Shown here piece by piece: positions 56,782 through 64,000 of a DNA stretch of 64,000 nt. Each line of letters opens with the position of its first letter. Positions within the stretch are counted from its first letter, which is position 1. This DNA is from Candidatus Multivoraceae bacterium (GTDB taxonomy: Bacteria > Acidobacteriota > Thermoanaerobaculia > Multivoradales > Multivoraceae). Location of the stretch: positions 2,413,803-2,477,802 of the forward strand of contig CBDCWR010000007.1 in assembly GCA_965223385.1 (NCBI GenBank), read 5' to 3'. A program made the translations under genes and the position numbers. Below the pieces are notes generated by a model. It did not search any database. It worked only from the letters and a program-made list of their open reading frames with translations, and was not told the origin of the DNA.

Positions 56782-59700
56782 ATGAATCGAGCTTGGCTTT
56801 TGCTGGCCGTGTTGGGCCTCGTAGGGATTCCTGCGTTTGCAGATGGTCCCGAGACCGGCATCGTGCAGGGCACCGTCTCCGAGGCTTCTGGAAGCGCGCT
56901 TCCCGGAGTTCTCGTCACTCTTTCAGGCGACCGCGGAGAGCGCTCCGGAGTCACCGACGCCTCGGGGCAGTACCGCTTCGCCGGTATCGTCCCGGGCAAC
57001 TACAACGTCAAGGCCGTCCTCGAGGGTTTCCAGGAGGCGGCGGGTGAGGCGACGGTCACGGCCGGGCGGCGGACGACCATCGACCTGAAGCTCACGCTGG
57101 GGACATCGGAGGAGATCACGGTCACCTCCGAGGCTCCGATGGTCGACAAGTTCTCGGTCACGGCCGGAACGACCATTCAGGCGGAAGTCGGCGAGCAGAC
57201 TGCAGGCACGACGCGCACGTACTACGGCGTGATCAATGCCCTGCCTGGCGTCACGGCTGACGCGCAGAACGACGACATCCAGCAGACGCGTCCCTCCGTC
57301 AACGGCACGCACTTCGCTGACCAGGCCGTCTACATCGACGGCGTGGACACGACCTTCGCGAAGTTCGGCGGCAGCCGCGTGTACCTGCCGACGACGGCGG
57401 TCACCGAGGTCTCCATGGAGGCCGGTGGCTCCTCGGCGGAGTACGGTCGCTACATCGGCTCCTCGACGAACGTCATCGTCAAGTCGGGCACGAACAGGTT
57501 CCACGCCGACGCTCTCTGGCAGCGCCAGGAGGTCAGCTGGGGTGCCGACTACGACATCCAGCCGTCGATCGCGGACCGGCAGTCGGTGCCGTACCCGACC
57601 GACTGGTTCCAGCGCTGCCGCGGCGACGAGCGCGACAACCAGCGTCAGACGCTCACTCTCGGCTCCGGTCTGACCCGGCAGGGATGCGTGGGTGGCGACG
57701 AGGAGGCCGGCGGCAGCAACGGCTACGAGTTCTCGTTCGGCGGCCCGCTCGCCAAGGACAAGGCGTGGTTCTTCGTGGGCTGGAGCGATTTCGACGACGC
57801 CTTCCAGGAACGCCTCCTCGGCGGCGACCCGTACGACGTGTCGCTGCAGAACGAAGCACGCATCTTCAAGTTCAACTTCCAGCCCGCGCAGTCGCACTCG
57901 CTGGCGGCGTCGTTCATCGACACCCCCGCGTTTCGCAACTACTTCGATCAGACCTCGTTCGACTACTGGGTGCCCACGCCCCACGAGAACGACAGCGAGC
58001 TGAGCACGGTCAACTGGAACTGGTCGCTCTCGAGCAACTTCTTCCTCGAGACGAAGATCGCCCAGCAGGAGAGTCAGGAGAACAAGTTCCTGGCCTGCAA
58101 CAGCGTCGACGTGCAGACCTGCATCGACCTGAAGGCGCAGGATCGGGGTCCGCAGGCGGGGCATTCGGCCACCGATGTGTCGGCACCCAGTGATCTGCCG
58201 CTTCGCTTCCCGAGCGATCCGAGCCAGGGCACCTTCTGGCCGGGCAACAACTACAACGTGTACGTGGACAGCGAGAACCTGGGCGCGTGGCACAACGGCT
58301 GGATCCTGTCCGACGGCTTTGGCTTCAACGCCTTCCCGCGCGACCAGGCCAACATTGCGCTGACGCAGTTCGCCGGCGCCAACCACGAGATCAAGTACGG
58401 CATCGACTACCAGTCCACGAAGTGGGAGGGCGACAACTCGCGGACGTCGTTCCACTCGGGCTTCGGCTTCGACGCGCTGAACCCGTTCGGGTATGTCGGG
58501 GCCGGTGGTCTGGGAGACGACACCTGCTCGCTGCTGCGGGTCGTGTCGACCTCCCCGAGCAACCCGGATGCCTTCGGACGCACGACGCGCGGTCGGAGCT
58601 GCGTCTGGGTCGACTACAACTCGCCGCTCCTCTCCGACCCGAACGTGGTCGGCCGTGGCTCCGGCGACGCCGAGATGCGCGACACGGGCTTCTACGTCCG
58701 CGACCGCTTCACGGTGGGGGATCACTGGACCTTCAACCTCGGCTTCCGCGCCGAGCTGCAGGAAGGCTTCAACGATGTGCGTCGCCAGGTCGTGGACGAC
58801 ACCTATGTCGATCCGCGGATCAACGCCACCTACGACGTGAAGGGTGACGGCAAGCTGCTCTTCTCGCTCAGCGCCGGTCACTACCACGCCATGCTGAATC
58901 AGGCCTGGATCGCTGGTGGCGGCGGGACCGCGGGTGGCATGCACGACCTCTGGAACGGCTACGAGGGCTACGAAGTGTGGCTCTTCTGCGATCCGATCGA
59001 GGCTCTGGTCTTCTGCCCGCGTCCGACGCGGCCGGACACCATCGCCGACGGCACCGCAGGCCTGCCGCTTCCGGGCTACAACTTCCCTTGGAGCACGCTG
59101 CTTCCGGGTCGGATGTGGGACGCGGTCGATGCGGGTGTTTTCGAGCACGACCTCGACACGTACTACAAGGAGGAGATCATCCTCGGCATGGAGTGGCAGT
59201 TCGCACGCAACTGGGCACTCGATGTGAAGTACATCGACTGGGAGATCGACGATCTGATGTTCTCGAACACGCAGATCGATCAGCAGGGCCGGAACATCTT
59301 CATCACGGCGAACTACAAGAACCTGCCTGAGATCACCAGGGCCATGGCGAATGCACGCGAGGCTGCGGGGATCGATCGTCTCATCGACGATGCGACCATC
59401 GACGCCATCGAGCCGGCGCGCAATCAGTACCGTGGCCTGCAGGTGCAGCTGAACCGGAGATTCCAGAACGGCTGGTCGCTCTACAACAACATCTCCTGGT
59501 CCGAGACCGACACGACGGGCGCCGGGGACTGGTGGAACAACACCAACAGCTCCTACGGCGAGAACATCACGGCGGTCCTGGACGAGACGATGATCCTCAA
59601 CTGTGACGCGTCGCAGGCCGTTCCGGACCGGGTCACGGGTCGGGCGCGGACGCTGCCGGTCGACTGCAACGACGCGCTGGGCTCGTTCCTCGGGCAGCCG

Positions 59701-60168
59701 GTGTCCACGATCAACCGTCGGGGCCCGAACCACGCGTACGACCGTTCCATCATCTACAACTCCTTCGGGTTCAAGACGTGGACGTTCGGCAAGCAGAACT
59801 TCACCCTCGGTGGGCACTTCACCTACCAGACGGGCACCCCGTGGGCCCGGAACGAGGGCATCTCGATCGTCAACATCGACCCGAACGACCCGAAGGGTGG
59901 TACGGCCAACGATGGCGTCAGCCTGCAGCTCTACCAGAACGGCAGGCGCGGCGGTCGCACACAGGACGAGTACACGATCAACCTGAGCACGGCCTACGGC
60001 TTCCCCACGGGATACAAGGCGGTGCGCGGTGAGATCCGAGTGGAGGTTCTCAACCTGACCGACCAGCAGCGGCGACGCGACTGGGACGGGCGGGGCGAGG
60101 TCTTCCCGGCACGGCGCTTCTTCCAGCGCCCGCGCCAGGTGCGCGCGTCCATCAAGTTCGGCTTCTAG
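56782..60168 (+). CDS. Oar-like TonB-dependent outer-membrane receptor with N-terminal carboxypeptidase-regulatory-like domain
   Basis: An 1128-aa product with a signal peptide and GIVQGTVSEASGSALPGVLVTL...QYRFAGIVPGNYNVKAV (CarbopepD_reg). It has a long beta-barrel region ending in a C-terminal aromatic (F). Confidence 0.8.
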   Translation: MNRAWLLLAVLGLVGIPAFADGPETGIVQGTVSEASGSALPGVLVTLSGDRGERSGVTDASGQYRFAGIVPGNYNVKAVLEGFQEAAGEATVTAGRRTTIDLKLTLGTSEEITVTSEAPMVDKFSVTAGTTIQAEVGEQTAGTTRTYYGVINALPGVTADAQNDDIQQTRPSVNGTHFADQAVYIDGVDTTFAKFGGSRVYLPTTAVTEVSMEAGGSSAEYGRYIGSSTNVIVKSGTNRFHADALWQRQEVSWGADYDIQPSIADRQSVPYPTDWFQRCRGDERDNQRQTLTLGSGLTRQGCVGGDEEAGGSNGYEFSFGGPLAKDKAWFFVGWSDFDDAFQERLLGGDPYDVSLQNEARIFKFNFQPAQSHSLAASFIDTPAFRNYFDQTSFDYWVPTPHENDSELSTVNWNWSLSSNFFLETKIAQQESQENKFLACNSVDVQTCIDLKAQDRGPQAGHSATDVSAPSDLPLRFPSDPSQGTFWPGNNYNVYVDSENLGAWHNGWILSDGFGFNAFPRDQANIALTQFAGANHEIKYGIDYQSTKWEGDNSRTSFHSGFGFDALNPFGYVGAGGLGDDTCSLLRVVSTSPSNPDAFGRTTRGRSCVWVDYNSPLLSDPNVVGRGSGDAEMRDTGFYVRDRFTVGDHWTFNLGFRAELQEGFNDVRRQVVDDTYVDPRINATYDVKGDGKLLFSLSAGHYHAMLNQAWIAGGGGTAGGMHDLWNGYEGYEVWLFCDPIEALVFCPRPTRPDTIADGTAGLPLPGYNFPWSTLLPGRMWDAVDAGVFEHDLDTYYKEEIILGMEWQFARNWALDVKYIDWEIDDLMFSNTQIDQQGRNIFITANYKNLPEITRAMANAREAAGIDRLIDDATIDAIEPARNQYRGLQVQLNRRFQNGWSLYNNISWSETDTTGAGDWWNNTNSSYGENITAVLDETMILNCDASQAVPDRVTGRARTLPVDCNDALGSFLGQPVSTINRRGPNHAYDRSIIYNSFGFKTWTFGKQNFTLGGHFTYQTGTPWARNEGISIVNIDPNDPKGGTANDGVSLQLYQNGRRGGRTQDEYTINLSTAYGFPTGYKAVRGEIRVEVLNLTDQQRRRDWDGRGEVFPARRFFQRPRQVRASIKFGF

Positions 60169-60206
60169 GCCAAGGCGAGCCCTGGCTCGCGTTGGCCCAG
60201 GTGTCG

Positions 60207-60233
60207 CTTTCCGCGGGCATGGCCCGCGGAAAG
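60207..60233. other. Perfect 12-bp-stem hairpin CTTTCCGCGGGC-ATG-GCCCGCGGAAAG
   Basis: Seen directly in the sequence 39 nt after the receptor stop codon. Confidence 0.6.
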
Positions 60234-60290
60234 CAGACCACTGGTCGACGGTTCTAGACCCATCGGTCCTTCGCGGCCGATGCATGGAAA

Positions 60291-60316
60291 GAGGAGGCTT
60301 CGGCCTCCTCTTTTCT
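60291..60316 (+). terminator. Rho-independent terminator GAGGAGGC-TTCG-GCCTCCTC-TTTTCT
   Basis: An 8-bp GC-rich stem with a TTCG tetraloop followed by a U-tract, downstream of the gene ending at 60168. A further hairpin CATCGG...CCGATG lies at 60261..60282. Confidence 0.6.
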
Positions 60317-60397
60317 GTAGGCGACCTTCGTCGGGGATCGTGAACCGCAGCACGTGGGTTGCCTGCTAGCCTCGCTCGGCACACTCGAGGAGACCCC

Positions 60398-61477
60398 ATG
60401 CGTCGACGAATCGCCTGCTCTCTTGCTCTCCTGCTGGCGGCGGCCGCGGCAAACGCCCAGTCCGCCGATCCCAGAACACCGGGGGGCCATCCGGACTTCT
60501 CGGGCACCTACGATGTCGCGACGCTGACGCCCACGCAGCGTCCGGAACAACTGGGGGAGCGCCTCGCGCTCAGCGACGAGGAGGCGGCCGCGGTGGCGGA
60601 GCGGGCCCGGCGCACCAGCGATCTCACTTCGCAGGCGAGCGACCCAGATCGCAGCGCGCCGCGGGAAGGGGGCAATGTCGGCGGCTACAACTACTTCTGG
60701 CTCGACCCCGGTCAGGGGTCCTTCCAGCTCGACGGCAAGTGGCGCACCTCCATCCTGACCGACCCGCCGAACGGAAGGTACCCGCCGTACACGGCCCACG
60801 GTGAAGAGGCGGTGCAGGCACGGCTCGACCGCTGGGGCCGCTCGAACGACCCCGTGCTCAACCAGAACAACCCCGAGGCGTGGTGGCTCGACCGGCAGGT
60901 GGGGCCGTTCGACGCCGCCGAGCTGCGGCCGATGGGGGAGCGGTGCGTGCTCGGCTTCGGCTCGGCGGGTGGACCGCCGATGCTTCCCGTGCTCTACAAC
61001 AACCTCAAGCGCATCGTGCAGACCGACGACGTGCTCATGATCCTGTCGGAGATGATCCACGACGTTCGGGTGATTCCGATCGGAGGCGAGCGCGCTCCCG
61101 AGCACGTTCGCCGCTGGCTCGGAGACTCGGTCGGCCGCTGGGAGGGTGACACCCTGGTCGTGGAGTCGACCCACTTCCGGGCGGGTGAGTCGGCGCTCTC
61201 CACGCCGGGGACGCGGCAGAACTTCCTGACCAGCGAGGAGCTCCGCGTGACGGAGCGCTTCAGCCGCATCGACGGCGCGACCCTGCGGTACCAGTTCACG
61301 GTCGAAGACCCGAAGATCTGGACGGCATCGTGGAGCGGCGAGTATCCGTGGCCCGTCACCGAAGAGAAGGTGTACGAGTACGCGTGCCACGAGGCCAACT
61401 ACGCCATGGGCAACATTCTGCGGGGAGCACGCCTCGCCGAGCGCGAAGCGGAGGAGCGCGGCGGCTCCGAGCCGTAG
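60398..61477 (+). CDS. Hypothetical secreted protein
   Basis: About 359 aa from MRRRIACSLALLLAAAAANAQS (signal peptide). No motif recognised. It lies between two TonB-dependent receptor genes. Confidence 0.55.
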   Translation: MRRRIACSLALLLAAAAANAQSADPRTPGGHPDFSGTYDVATLTPTQRPEQLGERLALSDEEAAAVAERARRTSDLTSQASDPDRSAPREGGNVGGYNYFWLDPGQGSFQLDGKWRTSILTDPPNGRYPPYTAHGEEAVQARLDRWGRSNDPVLNQNNPEAWWLDRQVGPFDAAELRPMGERCVLGFGSAGGPPMLPVLYNNLKRIVQTDDVLMILSEMIHDVRVIPIGGERAPEHVRRWLGDSVGRWEGDTLVVESTHFRAGESALSTPGTRQNFLTSEELRVTERFSRIDGATLRYQFTVEDPKIWTASWSGEYPWPVTEEKVYEYACHEANYAMGNILRGARLAEREAEERGGSEP

Positions 61478-61480
61478 CGG

Positions 61481-63835
61481 CTAGCGCCGGAAGCGCAGGC
61501 CGGCGAGGAACGTCCTGGGGGCGCCGGGGGAGAGGAAGCGGGGGTCTTCCGCGTCGGGGGCTTCGCGGAGCTCCAGCTCCACCTCGGCGAGCACGCCGAA
61601 GGTCTCGTAGTCGCGGCCTGTGAGATTGTCGACCCTGCCGAAGAGCTCGAGCCCGGGCCGGAGCTCGAACGAGGCGCGCAGACCGAAGACGGCGTAGCCG
61701 GACACCTCGTCCTGATCGTTGCCTTCGTCGCCGACGAACACCCGGCTCGAAGACGCGGCGCCCAGCGCCGCGAGCCGCAGGCGCTGGGTAGGCTGGAAGG
61801 TGAACCGCGCGTCGAGGCTGTGCTCCGGAATGCCGGGGAGCCGGTCGCCCGGCTGCACGAGAACGCTGTCGTCGACGGCGGCCGGGTTCACCTCCTCGTC
61901 GCCCGGAAGGGCGAGGGGGGTCTCGAAGGTGGCCTCGAGGTAGCCGTAGCTCAGCGACCAGGAGGTCCGCCGGGTTCTGCCGGCGAGATCGAGGTCCAGG
62001 CCGGTCCGCAGGGTCTCGCCAGCGTTCTGGAAGAAGCCGCTGCCGAGGAGGCGAGTCGAAGCGATGAACAGAATGTCGTCCTGATTGCGCGTGCGGTAGG
62101 CCGCAGCTCCCCAGTGGATCTCGGCGTCGCCGACGCCCCAGGCTCCGCGGCCCCCGAGCTCGAGCGAGCGCGCGACGACCTGCAGGAGGGGTGGGTCCGC
62201 GACGAAGGCGTTCGGAACACGGCAGGGCGCCTCCGGATCGGCGCAGCTGAGCTCGGCGACGGTGGGAGCGCGGCTTGCCTCCCCCCAGCGGAAGAAGACC
62301 TGCGTCTCCTCGCCGGTCTCGAAGACCACACCAAGCGACGGGTTGAGGCGCTCGAAGTCGTGGCTGCCGTCGAGTGAGGTTCCCAACCGGTCGTCGATGT
62401 CGATCGAGGTCTCGTTGTAGCGCGCGCTGGCGCTCAGGTGGACGCGATCAGTGAGCGACAGGGTCTCGCTCACAAAGAGCCCCCACGTCTCCTTGTCGGC
62501 GCGCAGCGACGTGCTGAGCAGGTCGTCCGGCGCACTGCCGAAGAACCCGGCCAGCCGCCCGGAGCCGGCGACACTCCTGTCGGGGGTGAGGGAGCCGAGC
62601 TCGGTCGTGAGGCCGAAGTCCACGTCGGCCTGGTCTGCGGACACACCGGCGACGAGGTGGCTCGCTCGGCCTCCCAGTGACGCGGTGTGGGTCACCTGCG
62701 CGGTGAGCGCGAGGCTCTCGGCCTCGGTGGTCGTGCGGTTGAGCGCACCGTCACCCTCGGCGTCGTCCTCGGTGAGAAAGCCCCCGGCCAGATCGACGAG
62801 CACGTCGTCGTCGTCACACAGCACGTTGGTCGGGGCACCCAGGGGCACGTCCCCTTCGCACTCCTCGAAGTCGGCCTCGTCGCCGTTGAGCGTGCCGCGG
62901 TCGAGCTCCCGCCACGCGACGGACGCTTCGAGCGTCGTGTTCTCCAGGAGCTCCAGCTCGAGCCGCCCCTGCAGGAGCTGCATCTCGTTCTCGGTGGTGT
63001 CCGGGAAGGTGAACACGGCGCTGCGATCGGCCGCGAGCAGCTCGATCGGTGCCGGGCCGTTGCCGTTGATGCGGGTGTCGGCGCCGACCCAGGTGAAGCT
63101 CGCGGCGAGGCGCTCGGCACGGTAGCCGAGGTCGAAGACGACCTGGTCGATCTCGGAGCCGGACGCGGTGCGCCAACCGTCGTCCTCGAAGTGGCGGGCG
63201 CCCAGGTACGTGGTCCAGGCCCCGCGGCGTGCACCCCACTCGACCGTGGCCGCGCCCCGGCCGTAGGAGCCGCCGAGCAGCTCGAGCCCGAGGCCTTCGT
63301 GGGTGCCGCCCGTCTTGGTGCGCATCGCCAGGGACCCGCCCAGCGCGTTGAGGCCAAAGACGGGGTCCGTTCCGAGGAGGAGCTGCGCACGCTGCAGCGC
63401 GAACTCGGGGATCAGGTCGAACTGCACGGTGTCGCCGAAAGGCTCGTTGATGCGGACGCCGTTCTGGTACACGGCGACTCCCTGCGGCAGGCCGAGAAGC
63501 GGAGAGGCGACGAAGCCGCGGAAGCGCAGGGTCGGCTGCACGGGGCTCCCGGTGGTCTCTTCGCTGGAGACCGAGCCGAACGTGGAGTCGAGACTCTCGC
63601 CGAGGGTGCTGGCCCCCGCCTGTGCGAGCTGGTCGTCGCCGAGCACGCGCGCCAGCGCCGGGAGCCGGCGCTCGTCGAGGCCCTGCCCCTCCAGAGGGCT
63701 CACGGCGACCACCGTGATCTCCTCCCGGACGGCACTGTCCGAGCCCACGGAGCCACCGGATGTGGCGTCACTCGGAGAGCTCGATTGGGCTGCCGTCACG
63801 CTCGCGGCGCACAGGAAGACGATGACGCTGCGCAT
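61481..63835 (-). CDS. TonB-dependent receptor (plug + beta-barrel)
   Basis: Signal peptide MRSVIVFLCAASVTAAQ, a plug-domain region and a C-terminal barrel ending in ...FLAGLRFRR. The in-frame ORF extends to 63937. Confidence 0.75.
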   Translation of the reverse strand: MRSVIVFLCAASVTAAQSSSPSDATSGGSVGSDSAVREEITVVAVSPLEGQGLDERRLPALARVLGDDQLAQAGASTLGESLDSTFGSVSSEETTGSPVQPTLRFRGFVASPLLGLPQGVAVYQNGVRINEPFGDTVQFDLIPEFALQRAQLLLGTDPVFGLNALGGSLAMRTKTGGTHEGLGLELLGGSYGRGAATVEWGARRGAWTTYLGARHFEDDGWRTASGSEIDQVVFDLGYRAERLAASFTWVGADTRINGNGPAPIELLAADRSAVFTFPDTTENEMQLLQGRLELELLENTTLEASVAWRELDRGTLNGDEADFEECEGDVPLGAPTNVLCDDDDVLVDLAGGFLTEDDAEGDGALNRTTTEAESLALTAQVTHTASLGGRASHLVAGVSADQADVDFGLTTELGSLTPDRSVAGSGRLAGFFGSAPDDLLSTSLRADKETWGLFVSETLSLTDRVHLSASARYNETSIDIDDRLGTSLDGSHDFERLNPSLGVVFETGEETQVFFRWGEASRAPTVAELSCADPEAPCRVPNAFVADPPLLQVVARSLELGGRGAWGVGDAEIHWGAAAYRTRNQDDILFIASTRLLGSGFFQNAGETLRTGLDLDLAGRTRRTSWSLSYGYLEATFETPLALPGDEEVNPAAVDDSVLVQPGDRLPGIPEHSLDARFTFQPTQRLRLAALGAASSSRVFVGDEGNDQDEVSGYAVFGLRASFELRPGLELFGRVDNLTGRDYETFGVLAEVELELREAPDAEDPRFLSPGAPRTFLAGLRFRR

Positions 63836-64000
63836 CGCGAGCCGGAGAAGCGGAGCGGAGGCGCTGCCAAGCGGGTGAGCTGCCGAGGTGAGGAGACCCG
63901 CCCGAGGTGCGCCGGAGTCGTTCTGCATGCGGCGCATCCTAACGGCAGCGCCAGGGCCAGCGACCGCTACGAGGCCCCGCTCGCGGCGGCCTCTTCGAGG

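Noticed and set aside
56923-60507. 1194-aa minus-strand ORF
   Set aside because: It is antisense to the Oar-like TonB receptor gene, which has a signal peptide, CarbopepD_reg domain and terminal Phe. The antisense translation is Arg/Val/Asp/Gly-rich.

Overview
This is a 64 kb high-GC (about 68-70 %) bacterial chromosomal segment with no rRNA, no intact tRNA and no CRISPR array. The gene content (two PadR + ADOP-type FtsX permease pairs, Oar-like TonB-dependent receptors with a carboxypeptidase-regulatory-like N-terminal domain, tricorn protease, an ECF sigma translationally coupled to a Ser/Thr kinase) suggests Gemmatimonadota or Acidobacteriota; this is inference only. Most of the window is ordinary housekeeping and secreted-hydrolase genes: a DUF2235/Tle1-like hydrolase fragment, an F420-type nitroreductase, dodecin, a BNR-repeat protein, tricorn and S41 peptidases, a GntR-amidohydrolase operon, a PQQ quinohemoprotein alcohol dehydrogenase, an M19 dipeptidase, an FAH-family hydrolase, NADP-glutamate dehydrogenase, an RsbU/STAS/RsbW partner-switching module, snapalysin-like and metzincin-like proteases and TonB-dependent receptors. 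The notable region is a roughly 14 kb lower-GC mosaic genomic island at about 29.57-43.7 kb. It carries two P4-type tyrosine integrases (one truncated by an IS3-family insertion), two tRNA 3'-half remnants that look like att cores (Thr-CGU-like on the minus strand, Phe-GAA-like on the plus strand), an AlpA excisionase, a Toprim primase-like gene and a GNAT. Its cargo of unknown function includes a small ACP-like protein plus an EF-hand secreted protein, and, directly beside the intact integrase, an operon-like set of orphan proteins bracketed by a 36-bp near-perfect direct repeat. A DUF6119/TIGR04141-like sporadically distributed protein sits at the island's left edge. Many long ORFs on the six-frame track are antisense artefacts of the high GC content and were rejected.
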